Both the position numbers and the translations under genes were made by a program. From Octopus vulgaris (taxonomy: Eukaryota): a DNA stretch of 64,000 nt. The notes below the pieces were generated by a model, which was given only the letters and a program-made list of their open reading frames with translations, was not told the origin of the DNA and did no database searches. The DNA lies in contig OX597814.1 of NCBI GenBank assembly GCA_951406725.2, positions 61,380,001-61,444,000 of the forward strand, given 5' to 3'. Numbering within the stretch: position 1 is the stretch's first letter; each line of letters opens with the position of its first letter. Below, one piece after another: positions 37,960-51,912 of the stretch.

Positions 37960-39410
37960 ACAGAAAAACAAAACATGAAAACAAGTGTGTAAACAACAAA
38001 CAGATGTATTAGTTTAATGCTTGGGAAGTGAGAAAGTTTTTTCTGTTTCAAGCCTACATTCTTCGACAGAAAATAACACAGAAATAAACAGGGAGAGAAA
38101 ATAGGAAAAGGCTTAGTGGCTAGCAATCTATCATGTCGAATGCCAGACAGAGGGGTCACTCAGGAAAGCTAGGAAGAAGGGGAGATAATAAAGTAGTGGT
38201 GATCCCAAAATTAAGGTGCACGTGCGTGTGGAAGGGGGCTGGTGACATTGACTTGTGCGTGTGTGCATTTGTAGGTATGTGGATGATGGTGTAGGTGCTA
38301 GGAAGTGGTCAGTGCTTGTGTGGGTGCTGGGAAGTAGTCAGTGCTACTGTGTGCAGTGTGGTGTGGAGGAAGCAAGAGTGGGATCTAAGGGATGGGATGT
38401 ATAGGGATGATAGGGTTGGAATATGTAGGGGTGGGGTAACAAGGGAGAAGGTGGGTAGGAGTGAAGAGAGGAAATAGGTGCCAGAGCAAGAGAGGAGAGG
38501 TGGGTGGGAGGAGGAGAGAGAAGGAGGATTAGATGAAGAGGGGAGGAGAGTTGAGCCCATGTGGAACAAAGGAGCGAAGAGAGAAGATTAATCCCTGTTC
38601 ATGCAAAGACGGCAGTCCGGATGGCTCCTGTGCAAGGACAATCCAAATACAGACAGGTGTTGTAAAGAGTGACCGGTAGAGCAGAAATGGTACAAGACCG
38701 GGGTGTCGTTGCTGAGTCAGATGTCTCGGAGGTGTTCCGCAAACTGGTCAGCCAAGCAGTGTCCTGTTTAACCGATGTATAGCAAAGGACAGTCAGAGCA
38801 GGAGATGCATTAGATGACATTGCTAGAAGTGCAGGTGAAGGAGTCAGTGATATGATAGGGTCGATGATGGGTGCCTGTGAGGAGGGTAGTGTTGGAGAAG
38901 TAAGGGCAAGTGCAGTAGCGTGGGTGGGAGCAAGGGAACGAGCTGGGTTGGGAGATTGGGTGAGGGAAGAAGCTGTCGACCAAGAGGTCTCGTAGGTTGT
39001 AGGCTCGTTCGAAGGAGGAGAGGCGTGGTTAGGAAAGACGTGTGAAGTGGAGGGGTTGGACTGGAGTCACTGGAAGGCTCGGAAAATGGTGCATTAGAGA
39101 AGTGGGGTGGTAGGTGAGGGGAAATGGGAGCCGGGTGAGTGGGGAGAGAGCAGATGCACAGTCCACGGAATGTGCTCTGGCAAAGGCGGAGGGGATATCC
39201 ATGTAGGATGAAGTGGCAAGCCATAAGTTGAGACTGATTCCCAAAGTCATGGTTGTCACTGCAGAGCCTGCGTAGACAGAGGAATTGGGAATAGGTGATG
39301 GAGAGCTTGGTGTGTTTAGGGTGGGAGAAAGAGAAATTGAGGTATGAGTGTGAGTCTGTGTTTGTAGTGGATGGAGGGGAGGCGACTGAGGTGTTGGAAA
39401 TAGTGCAGAA
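37960..39410 (-). mobile_element. Penelope-like element (PLE), 5'-truncated and degenerate
   Basis: RT thumb TDSHSYLNFSFSHPKHTKLSITYSQFLCLRRLCS..HGYP, then GIY-YIG remnant FTCTSSNVI*CISCSDCPLLYIG*TG..FAEHLRDI with stops and frameshifts; pyrimidine-rich 3' region. Confidence 0.88.
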
Positions 39411-39673
39411 GTGGAGAACATGTTTGGCATCAATCAAAAAACCAAAGTGAATACAAATTTGGAGAGAGAATCTTGAACGTTCAGGCATGGGTTATAGAGT
39501 TATACTCATTTACTTATTGAAATGTGACAATTGCATAAATGTAAAAAAACCATATTGGTTACAAGGGAACTATATATATTATGTATGTATATATTCACTC
39601 TTATGTCAGTTTTTCCATACAAGCATATATTAGGTGAATATATTATTGAAGCAATGTTTTACCTCTAAATTCT

Positions 39674-39886
39674 TTAACTCTTTAGCATTCAGATTACTTT
39701 GTCAAAATGTAATGCTTAATTATTTATATAGATTTGAATCACTCATATTATCTTGTAGCTCTGAGATTTCAATGATATGGCTATATTTTTAGAATGACAT
39801 TTGAGAAGCCGGATCTGGTCGGTTTGGACATAAAACAGGCAGACTATTTTGGCTAGATATGGCTGGTGTAAATTTTAAAAGGCTAA
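39674..39886. mobile_element. piggyBac-like MITE family 2 (diverged)
   Basis: TTAACTCTTTAGCATTCAGATTAC...; homologous to 27475-27669 and 41089-41295. Confidence 0.65.
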
Positions 39887-39890
39887 TAAG

Positions 39891-40199
39891 CAGTGGTTCT
39901 CAGTTGGAGTCCATATAAGATTTTTGTGGGTCCATGCAACAAAATAGTAAATTGGGGATCCACAATAGTACTTTATGGGCACCCAAAAGAAATTTGCTTT
40001 AGATGTATGTATTGGTATTTATGGCAAGAAACAACTAGGCTACTTTCTCTAACTGTTTACATAGTAAACCAATAGGAATTTTTAAAGAAGTCTCTGTAAA
40101 ACTAGTTTTTAAACATTGAATGGCTATGGATAGGGGGATCCACCAGAATAAAATAGCAATCAAAGAGGTCCATAGATAAAAACTGTTTGAGAACTCCTA
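39891..40199. mobile_element. hAT-like MITE
   Basis: CAGTGGTTCTCA ... TGAGAACTCCT termini with internal GGGTCCA-like subterminal repeats; TSD not clear. Confidence 0.55.
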
Positions 40200-40594
40200 T
40201 GCTAAGGAAATGAAATAGAAAGAAGAATGGTTGTTTTCTGCTGTATTGCTGCTGAACAATGTATATTGACTGGTCTTGGTGTTCTCAGAAGCTTCTAAAT
40301 TGTCTCTCAACTTACTTGTAAAGAACAAACAAATCCCACTCAAATTACATGCTACTATCAACACCTTTCAACATAAATATGTTTGATTGAGGTCAACCTG
40401 ATTTAAATAACTCTCAAATTCTTTGAACCAACAAAAAAAAAAGAAAGACCTGTGCCATTGCTTGACCTGCTAGATATATTAACCAAATTTTCCAAAAAAT
40501 TACACTGTCATCGTAATATGGCAGGGTGTAAAGAACACATCAAAGTTAAATATTACACAAACTAGAAAATTATTCAGAGGGCAGGCTCTTTATA

Positions 40595-40647
<53 letters not shown>

Positions 40648-41088
40648 CAATTGTTACTCTATGTAAAAATTGGTTTGTAGCCATCAGAAAATGGATTTAA
40701 ACCTGAATAGAGGAAGAAAGAAAAGAATGAGTAAAAGTGTATGTGTGTGTGTGTGCGGAAATTGATATGCAGATATTAAATTTATAATCACAAAATTTGT
40801 TTTAATGGTAGTTAAATTGGTCTCCATAGTTTAGCATAATTTGAAGTTTCTGGCATTAAAAGTGATATCTAGAAAAGGGAGCATGTGTACTTCTTTTCAT
40901 ACAATAGATTATTGCCATTTATTTTCATTGAGATGGTGACCATGCTGGATCTGAACTTGGAACTATATTGTGCCACCTATAAAGTAGGGAATTCTTAATT
41001 TTGTACTTCATGTTTACTGAACATAGCAAATGAGAGAATAGCAAAGGTTTTTTTAAAATGCCTGCTGTTACTCTGTATTTGTATATTC

Positions 41089-41295
41089 TAACCCTTTAGC
41101 ATTCATTCATATTACTCTCTCTGTCAAATATAATGCTTATTTATACAAATTGTTTTAAATTAATCATGCATTATTGCGTAGCTTTGAGATTTTTTGTGAT
41201 TGTATATTTTTAAAATAAGGCTGTAAAGGCTAAATCAATCAGTTTGAACATAAAAACAGGTAGAATATTTGGGTTGGATATTGCTAAAGAGTTAA
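41089..41295. mobile_element. piggyBac-like MITE family 2 (diverged)
   Basis: TAACCCTTTAGCATT ... TGCTAAAGAGTTAA. Confidence 0.7.
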
Positions 41296-41608
41296 AGAGC
41301 CCTATCATGAGTAACTTAACTTCATAAGCTCTAGAGTGGTATTTATTATCCTTGTTAGCTCTAAGTTTGTCAGATTACTGACTTTAAAGAAGACAGAATT
41401 AATTTGGATATTGGTGAATATTATTTAAATTCTTTTGAGTTGTTTTGAGATTGTAATCCTCTAATATTTATTTGAAATTATTTGTAATACCTTTAGTACC
41501 TTAACTAAAAACTAAATAAATTCAGTCATGACTGCCCATTTGTATTTAAAACTGTGAAATAAAGTTATTCATTGGAAACTAATTTTTTGTATTTTTCTTC
41601 TTTTGTAG

Positions 41609-41696
41609 GGGAAAGTATTTGTATTTGACAAGGTTTTGAAGCCTAATGTATCACAAGAATATGTGTACAATGTTGGTGCTAAGCCCATTGTTGCTG
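41609..41696 (+). CDS. Khc: Kinesin-1 heavy chain exon 2 (aa 43-72)
   Basis: Polypyrimidine-TAG acceptor; GKVFVFDKVLKPNVSQEYVYNVGAKPIVA; donor GTAAGT; 88 nt. Confidence 0.97.
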
Positions 41697-42872
41697 GTAA
41701 GTAGAATAATCTTTTAAATGTATCCACTTTTAAAATAATGTCTAACCTTGTATTTAAAAAAATTTTTTTCAATGCACCCTTGCTTAGTTATCAAAGTGTT
41801 GATGTTAAGGTCCAGAGTTTAAGCATCACCTGTTCTTCATGCAAGTTGCATTATCAAATCTTTATCAGAACAAGACAAAATAATGACCAAGAGGTGGTTT
41901 TAGCTGATACATTTACAAGATTCCTATTTAATATTAAATTTATCAGTTAGTGAGAAATGCTGTTTCTTTTTAAATAGTCTTTGACAAGAAAGAGAAAGAA
42001 AGAAAGAAAATGTCTGAGAATGCTATTCTTAGGAAACATGCAGTTCAGAAGCTGAAGAGAAAGTTAATAAGTTGTATAGGCAATGTTAACAATGCAGTGT
42101 AATATCTTTCTTCCTGTATATTCATCATACAAGCTGCTCTTTCATAAAGAGAGAGAGAGAGAGATGTTTGGTTACCACTGAATTTTTACAATTTTCTTTT
42201 TCTTGCTGTTATACTTTCATCATAACTTCCTTTGGTTTTTATGAAGTGACTTAATAGAAACTATACAGCAAGCCATATTATGCAGTTTAGAGATTTCATT
42301 TTGTGACTATTCTTATTGCTAATTACTTTTACATTCTAACACCTCTGGATTAGTTTGTGAGGTATCCCATTTCTTTTTTAGTGGGGAATCCATTAACTTG
42401 AACTGATCGCATAGTATTAAATTTACACCCACTCCCTTCCTACATATCAAGCAAAGCAATTTTGGGATTTTATATTCTTGTTATTAATTATTACTTCATT
42501 CCTTGTCATGTTGACTCTTGCCTTTGGCAACTTTTTCTAAATATATGTCTCTATAGTTTTTCAATGCATTTCTGCAAAAATCCTGGTGGATTTGCAGATT
42601 GCCTAGTGGTCACGTTCAATTCTTGAACAAATATTTATAATTGGTGTTTCTGGTAGTTTCACTTGAAGTAGTTTTTATTTTTGTTCTACTTACGTTCCTC
42701 ACTTAACAACCTTTTAAAGTAATACTTCATAATTTTCTTTTTTACTATCACCATGCCTTGTTGTTATGAATGCACTTCTCTCCTGTTACATTCTGGTTCA
42801 TATGAACCTCTCTGCTAATGATTAAAGCTCTCCCAGTCATAAACAAGTAATTAAATCATAGCATCAGCTGTG

Positions 42873-43138
42873 TTAGCCCTTTCATTACCATATTTCTAGT
42901 GGAATAACACATTGTCTGTGTTCCAAATGATTTTTAAAATAATAAAGAATTTTAAAAGATTTAGCAAAATAATTAACCTTTTCAGTATTAAACTGATGAT
43001 TGGAACATGAGTTGACAAAAAGTTGTTACCTGAAATTATGATGGAAGGTTTTAATATAGATATAAATGCTATAAAACAAGCAGTTTTGTATCACAGAAAT
43101 AGAAGCAGTCTCAGACATGTTGGTATGAGAAAGATTGA
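42873..43138. mobile_element. piggyBac-like MITE family 1 (diverged)
   Basis: TTAGCCCTTTCATTACC start; internal similarity to 52892-53112. Confidence 0.55.
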
Positions 43139-46100
43139 GCAGACTGATACTTCTCATATTAGTTCTGTATAATTAAGGGTTTTTGAGTGGGAGTGACCTT
43201 TTACTGATACCAGACAATTAATATATTTTCTTGGCTATCATTAAGTAATTCACATATTCTTGATAAACTTAAAATAAACATAGCAAGTTGGAAAACTTGT
43301 TTTACGTTATGCATTTGTAACATCTTAACAAACAAAAGAGCTTATGGGATGGGAGGAATGTTCTTTTAAATTTACAGACTGTTTTTCAGTATGAACATTT
43401 TTATTTCGTGTTTTTTTTTCAACTTTACGGAAAATATGCATAACAATACACTGCAAGGTTGAGTGGTTGACACTAGTCAAGAAATAAAGTACAAAATTAA
43501 AGATATGACTTTATTCATAACCACTTTCATAATTTCCTTAAGATGTTATCGTTGAATAAGTTATGTACTTATCATTAAGTAATTCAACATTACTTACATT
43601 TCACTACTTATATGTGCAAAATTAGCATTGTTTGATGTTCAGTAGAGTTGTATATGTGTATATATATATGTTTGTGTGTCTTGTCGTTCGTTTATATGTC
43701 CTCTTGTATAGGTCAGACAAATATGTTATTAACATAATAATTTACAGCTGGGTGCCCTTCCTAATGCTGTTATTCCACATAGCTTCAGCAGTATTAAGTG
43801 GGCTGAAAGTCAACATCAACTTATGTAAGATAGTGTGACACTGGCAAATGATGTAGGAGTTGAAATAATAATAGATGATGATGTAATTAGGCTGTGCTAG
43901 ACTCCCAGAGAACTAATCCTTCCTGCCTTGACACAGTTCATTAAGAGCAATATTCTTCCAACATATGTTGATGAGTATAATAAAACAGTTAAATCTATCA
44001 GAAAATTGGAGAACAAATTATATTTTGATTAATGAAGAGAAAAGCTGCACCAGGACAGTTGGAACTCCTTTTTAGCTGAGTAGACTGGGGCAACCAACGT
44101 GAAATGAAGTGCTTTGCTTAAGGATACAATTTACTGCCTAATCCAGGAATGGGACCAAAACATTGTGTTTGCGAACTGATCATATTAAAAACTAGGCCAT
44201 GCACCTTACTATATATTTGTATATAGATTTTTATATAGATTTGAGTTAAGAGTGGAAAAAAATATAACTACTTGTAGACATTCATTAAAACATTTGTCTA
44301 AAAACATCATACTTTTTTGTTTGTTTCCCACATTATACTCATATACACATACTTTATATATATAATTTATGGATCATAATTATATGGTAGCTTTTACAAT
44401 CATGGGGAGCTATATATCATTATGAGTGCTGGAAGACTGCTGATAACAACAGCAGGTTCAGAAACTGTTTAAAGAATGAAGATCTCAATAGAAATCCACT
44501 CTGAATCAAGTGCTTAGTAACCAGCCACACCTATGACTGTTATAATAGAGCCTGCTACTCTCACCTTAGCAAACACCAGTCATATTTGATGCTATTTCAT
44601 CAATAATGCAATGGTCATGGTCAGCCTTGGCAGAAGTATACTATGTATTGAACATTTATTCATATTATTGATTTGTTACCTTGTCACAAAACCAAACATT
44701 TGACAGGAAGAAGTATAATTTCCAGCAGTTGTCTTCTACAAAATAAAAAGTGTTCCCCAAAAATGTTGAATTTTAACTCAAGATAATTAAAGGTTGTTAG
44801 TGTGTGATCTACCATTTTTGCCACTTTATTACTAGTATTAGTCACAATGTGGAAGCTATACTTGTGACTAAAGAATTAGTCTCGGAGTTAAGTGTATGGA
44901 TTTGGGGCAGTTTGATTGAGAGTAAATTTGATCTAAAAGAATAAAAAAAAGTGTAGTGATGTTTTTGATATTAGAAGTCTAATGGAAATGAAAGAGGTTC
45001 AATTAGTAATAAAAAAAATAATAAGCCACAGACTTGTTTTATTGGGAAAATGTGAAATAATAAAAAAGTTGGTGAAAGATTGAGATAGTGTAAGAATCAT
45101 AAAGACAGTAATAGTAACAGAAGTGGTTTTTGTTGCCAACCACTCTTATATACATGATGAGATGATATACAAACAAGAATTTAATAATAGCAGTAATTTC
45201 TAGAATTGTTTGCTCTTAGAAGAAAGGTACATTGTGATAATTAACATTTTTGCTCTCCAGTATATTGGATTTGACATGAAAAGAAGTATGGCTATCAAAA
45301 GGGATATTTAATGAATTTATTTTAAAATTAATTTTTGTTCATAGTTGTAGATATGTTTCAATTCTGAGTAAGAAAATAGGTGACTAGCCCAAAAGCATAG
45401 GGAGGTTGAATATGTTGTTCCTTGTGTCCTCATTTTCTTTTTGTATTTAAGCTGAATATAATCTGTATTGCATATGATAGATCTAGAGTCTGTGGAAGTC
45501 ATGGATCCTGTCCATCCTCCAGATTAAAGCATTAAAAAAATTAAGTTCTATCTCTTATAGCTAACTTAACTTTTGTAGAAACAATTTCTCTTTTCATTCT
45601 CATTTGGGCTTCTTGAAATGTTTGTTTTAAAAAAATGTAGTAAGACTGGTACCTCAGTACCAAGCACTTCTAGAAAATACCTTAACAAAATTTAGAGGAC
45701 TGAAAATAATGTTATATGTAAAAAAATATAATCATGTCTACTATTAGCTAGCTCTGTTTTGAAAAATCTGTAGCTATCATCAAGTTCCCACCTTCAAGAA
45801 ACAGTATGGACATGTCTCAAAAATGGAATTAGAAAATTTCTGAAATATTGTTATTGACTAAATAGTACTAATTTTATCAACCCTAGAAGGATGAAAGGCA
45901 CAGTCATCCATGATAGGATTTGAACTCACAGTTTAATTAAATACCACAAGATATTTTATTATATTAGCCCGACCTTCCATCCACCTCATTAATTTTTTTT
46001 TTATCCTAATATTTGTTTGTAATGTAGATATTTGTTTGTAATAAGGCCAAAAGTTTGGCGAGGTGGGGGTGGATAATTGATTAAATCTACTTCTGTAGTT

Positions 46101-47939
46101 GATGAGCACTTTGTTTTATCAACCTCATAGTTAACCTCAGTTTGATTTGACAGCAAGGCATTTTTGCTCTATTGTTTCTGTCAATTCTCCATTTTTGTAT
46201 TAATGATAAATAATAAAAATAGAATAATTTTCCATTGCTCTCTATGCTACTGAGTGTGTGTGCTGGATTGTAGAATTTAATGATTTAATGCAAGGTATTC
46301 AAATGAGATGTTTCTATAGAAAAGTCAGTTTCTAAAATAATCATTTTTATCAATGATAGAAATAGTTCATGAATACTACCAAAAAAAAAAAAGTCATAAA
46401 ATTTTTTTTTGATTGTCATGATTGCTTGCTTTGCAATTTGTTTCCTACTTGTTTAGCACCTCCTTTATTGTACTCTGTTCATGTTATTTATTGATTATAT
46501 TTTTGTAGTTGTTATTACGAGAAGCATCTGTAGTAGTAGTAGTAGTAGTAGTAGACGACATGTTTTGAAATTGTTTGATAAAATTGGCAATATCTAAATC
46601 CTTTTTATTTGCTGCTGTTGTCTACCACTCTCTATGATTACTGCTTGTTTCTTACTGAAACCCTCATGACTCATCAAGCGTACTACACAACCTAGCAGAT
46701 GAATCACTGTTTGCTATACAAACACTAGTATTTTAGCGTAAGCTTTTCATTGCTATTATCAAGTTGATAATCCTGTTGCATTTCAATATATAGCCTTATT
46801 TTCTACTTGTTTATTTCTTTTTATCTGAAGATATTGAGAAAAAAATGGATTTTTTTTTTTGTTTTGCATATTATAATGACTACTACGATTACATTACTTT
46901 TCTTAGTAAAATATTATTATTATGAAAATGGCTGTGAGTAGTAGAATTAGAAATGATAATGACCAAGACGAAATGCCTTGTAGTATTGAGTTACAATCCA
47001 TTTCATCTTTTTTAAGTCCCAATAAACTCTTGGGGTTAATGAAATTGACTACACTTTCCTCCAACTATGTGGGTTTATGTGAGTTAGGAATGGATCTTTG
47101 GTTTTCGCTTGTGCCACATTTTTACTCTAAGGCCTTCTTTTAACTGCTTCTCTACATCACAAGATAAAATCAATTTTTTTTATTCTTTCTGGTATAATAT
47201 CAAAAATTTTAAAAAAATTACTATTAATATCAATATAAATTTTGTTAAGCTAATGCCTATCGTATTTCATTAGATGTATAGTTTAATGGATTACATGACT
47301 GTCATAATATATTTTAGCTTTACAAATATATTATGAATATTTTACTCTTATTCACAGTATACTTTGTCGAATATATTATATATTGTTGATGATGGTGACT
47401 GAATTCTGCATTATGTGGTTATATTATTTCTTTATAGATTTATATGATGCAATCCTTTTACTTAATATTGATGGCTCAGATATACATTTGTAGACTATGA
47501 TAATGCTTTAATCAAAGAACCTAATTAGTTTTTGTCAAGTTCTACACTAACTGTTCCAAGCCCCCAGTTGAACACATGAGGCACATAGTTACCCACATTA
47601 AAAGTTGATCATTTTTATAAGTATGAACAATATTATATGTTAGTACTTGATTACTAAATGGGTATGATTTTATCCAGACCATCACTGCCAATTGTTGGAT
47701 TTTCAATATGATAGATGTACCAGGTTTTATAAGAAACATTTTTGGCAGTTATTCTCAGCTGAAAGACAGCTAATAGAAATCATTATAGTTTTGTGGTTGG
47801 ATTTATGTCAAATGTTCTAGATCTTTTTAGTATTTTTGGTAGATTCTGATTTTTAGTAGTTGGAGCCAACTAAATTTTAGAGTGTTAACTTGATTTCTAT
47901 TGTCAGCTAATTTGGTAGTTGGAGTTACTGAAACCTAGT

Positions 47940-48370
47940 TACAAGGGTTTTAGGTGAATTGTTTCCAAGTTAAAATCCTGTTGAAATTAACTTTGCCTTT
48001 CATTCCTTTGGAGTTGATAAAACAAAGTACCAGTCAAAACTGGGGTCAGCAGTATTGACTAATACCCTCTCTTCAAAATTGCTGGCCTTGTACCACAATC
48101 ATCAGTGCATTGGATAAAATGCTTAGCAGCACTTCTTGCAGTTCTTTATATTCTGAGTTTTTGAAATAATTCAGGGCAGCAAGCTGGCAGAACCACTATC
48201 ACATTAGTGCATTGCTTCTGGTTCTTTATGTTCTGAGTTCAAATTTCACTGGGTTCAGCTTCATCTTTCATCTTATGGCTCATAAAATAAAGTTCTGGTC
48301 AAGTACTGAAGTTGATGTAATTGACTAAATTCCCTCTCTTCAAAATTAATGGTCTTTGACCTAAATTATA
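47940..48370 (+). mobile_element. Tandem SINE family A copies
   Basis: Repeated TTTGCCTTTCAT..GTACCAG and GAGTTCAAAT blocks. Confidence 0.7.
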
Positions 48371-51300
48371 TATCATTATCATTATTATGCATGATGTGAA
48401 ATACATTGAGAGCATTCTTTTTCCATAAAAAAAGTGATTGGGTGTTCCTGGGAAAAATGCTTACAAATATTCATGGTTAATAAGTGTTTTGTGAAAATAT
48501 TCTAATATTTACAGGCACTAGTAGTTACATTTTCTGGAATGTGACCATCTTCATAGATAAGTAATTTGTTAATGTCTTTGATTGCCTATTCTAGTTGTGC
48601 AGCTATGAATGGGATTATTAATATACTATTGCCATTTTTGTGGTGTAAGAATGATGTCAGGTTTATGTGCTGTCTAGTAAACAGTCTAAGCAGTGATGAT
48701 GAAAATAAAGCTGTGTACACCTATATTTAACACATTCATGTACACTCGATCATGGAAAGACCTTCACTGTGGTAACACCCTCAAGAAAAATTCTTCTTAT
48801 AGATAGTATGAAAACATAATAAGGTGAACTATGAATGATGTTATTCTGCATTATTACACTTCATCAGCTATAGATACTGAATCTGTCTCTCATAGCCCAC
48901 AAGAACTGCTGTTCTTACAGGTAAACAGCAAATAATAAATTTACTGGTGTGTGCAAAGCTCTGTTAAGCTAGAATTAAATACACTAACTTTTGTTTTGAG
49001 ATAGTTACCATTGCAAAGATTTTTTCTATAGTGTACATGAACATGTTAAATATAAATGTATTCAACTTTGGTATGGTGTATTTTGTGTATGACAAATATT
49101 GTTTTTGCTGCTCACGCAGGCTAGACTGAGTTTTTTTTATTAAAAATTTTTTTTATTTTATATGTTATGATATCACTCTGCAGAAGTGTTGGCCATGCCT
49201 TTCTGTCATCTGTCTCAATGATATGTTTGTTTTTGTAACAATGAGAACTATTTTACTGTTTGTGAAATCATTGTTATAAAAAGAAAACAAAGCAGATTTA
49301 CATGTGATTAAGAAATGTAGTAACATTGACAATTGCCTTCTTAAATTCTCCCATGATATTCTCAACCCTTTATATTCAAAAGCTAGCTATATATTGTGAT
49401 ATGTATGACATATTCTGTAATATCACATCTTTTTTTTGTAAAAATTCCTAGTGGTATATATTGTCTTGATCTGTTGTTATTTGCACAGTTGTACCATTGA
49501 TATTCAGGGCTATGGATTCATTTATATCACATTCTAAGCAATAGCACAGTTAATTTCTCTCCAGTATTTGCTTTAATTTCAGTTAGACCTCATATGATAA
49601 AAAAACAGTTTTTCTTTTGAAGCTGAAATGCAATATTGTAACTGAGATATATCTACTGTCTTACCTGATCTAAAGCTGTAAATATTGGTGGAAAATATGT
49701 GACTAGCTTGATATTGTTAACTAGTTTTTCTAATCTTCAGGATTCTAATCAGATTGTTGTTTCAGCTGCTGAGTTTCACAAATGTCTTAATCAGCCTACT
49801 TTTTTTTAAAGTACATTGTCACCATATTGACAACAGTGCTTTGATGTGTTTTCTGCAAAGAAAAAAAAAATTAATATACTTTACATTTATATTAACAAAA
49901 CAGGATTTTTTTTTCATCTAGTTTCAGCTCATGAGCTGTGGCCATGCTGGGGCACCACCATATATTAAATATATACACATTTAACATTTTTTTTGTTTTA
50001 CCCCATTCAATAAGTATTGCATACTGTACTGAAAAGTTTGGAAAATTTTGTTTTACAGAAATTTTATTTGTGACTAATGAGTTTGTATAATATATATATA
50101 TATATATACACATTATATTTTGTTGGCATTGTTTATTATATGTCATATATTTTCTTCTATATTAAAACTATTGCATAAATCACTGTTTGAATTGGGTGGA
50201 GTAGGCTCATGCCATCATTAATACATCTAGCTCATTTGATAAGCAGCATCGTTGCTCAATGGCATATTTTCAAGTTCTGTAAAATAATAATAATTAACAT
50301 TTAGAGTATATGGGAGTGGTGCTTGTTTGAAATGCAAGTGAAAAGTAATAATATATTGTATCTTAAGTAGACAGCTCCTCCCAAATTAGAAGAGTGAGTT
50401 TTCTTATGTAATTTTTAGCTTTGTTGTCGTGTTGAGTGCTTGGTCATTCTTGAGCAACATTATAATTAAGAGAGTATAGTTTTAATGATGATTAATAAGG
50501 TCATTAATGAGGAGGAAAAATAGGTTTTGAGAACTGATGGACCTGTGGGTGAGACTAAATACACAAGTTACATTAGTCGTTCTGAGTTTCACCTCTTTGT
50601 GTGCTTAAAATAGCATTCAAATCTTCCATAAATTACATCCTTTTGTTTTACAAAAGTACATATTAGATGATGTGTCTAGAAGAAAGACTTCAATTAAAAG
50701 CAACAGTATTAGTTCTTTTGCAAATCCCTAGTGGAGGAACTTGTTTATTTCTATAATGCTATAGTAACTGTAAATTTATTCATTCATCTGTGTGAAAATG
50801 TTGAATATAATCATTAGAAGGTTGTCATTGGTTTCCATTTTCCTACAGTTCCTTAATTTATATTCTTAGATAGCTACTTAAGGAACAGTTATTTTAAATC
50901 ATGAAACATTGGTCACGACTCTGGTTGTTGACTTTTGTGTGTGTGTACACATATGCATGAGTGTATCTATGTCCATCCTAATTATTTCCGGTTCAGAACA
51001 AATAACCCTGAACACCCTGGCAGTAAGCTCTTAACAGTTGGGTTAGTTATGAGTTATCACTATCTTAGTTTTTTGTTCACTATTTTGCTGTAAATATTCA
51101 TTTTCCAAAACCATTTCCTTATTAGATAATATTGTGCATTGCATAAGACACCTTAGTCTATTAACTTAACATATTCAGCTATATATAGGTGTTATGTTCA
51201 TGCAATGTTTATAGGAATTTATGCTAATATTGAAATTTCCAAGCTAATCCAGTGTTTATCAATAAAAGGAAAAACAAAAACAAATATATCAAATTAGCCA

Positions 51301-51768
51301 ACAGAAGACATTAACTACATAAACTGTGTCAAAGCCTTTATCATTCAACCTATTTTCTCCTGTATAAAATATGACTTTAACATTAGTATATATCATAATG
51401 TGCTTAATTACATGAATTATCTTTGAATAAACCCTCATCTTCTCAGAAAGAGAAAAATTAAAGCTAAAAATTTGTTAAATGCTTGTTAAATATAGGTTGG
51501 TGGTATGCTGAAATTGTAGCTCTACTTTGACATTTAGCCAGATAATTTAGCTACTGTTTGCTCTTCAGAAGATATGCTTCAAATATATTTAGCTTTCATT
51601 GCAATGAAGTTGGAATGGTTAAGCTATTAGAGAATAATGACTTGGCTTTAGAAGTTTTCTGTTTTTTTCTTCATATATTGTTGAAGATGTTATTTCATGT
51701 AAGTAAGAAATGATCTATGTAATAAAATATTTTTCATTTATTTGATTTATTCTTTTGTTTCTCTTTAA

Positions 51769-51912
<144 letters not shown>

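Noticed and set aside
42569-42595. Imperfect complement to the K282 region of exon 10
   Set aside because: Has two bulges and two mismatches and folds on itself (TCTGCAAA..TCC/GGATTTGCAGA); shows that wobble-rich matches arise by chance here
46182-46200. Complement to the K368 region of exon 11
   Set aside because: Pyrimidine-rich, only 10 exact nt plus wobbles, at a degenerate SINE edge, 17 kb away
50871-50887. Short complement to exon 3 (TAGCTACTTAAGGAACA)
   Set aside because: About 15 bp with two bulges; chance level
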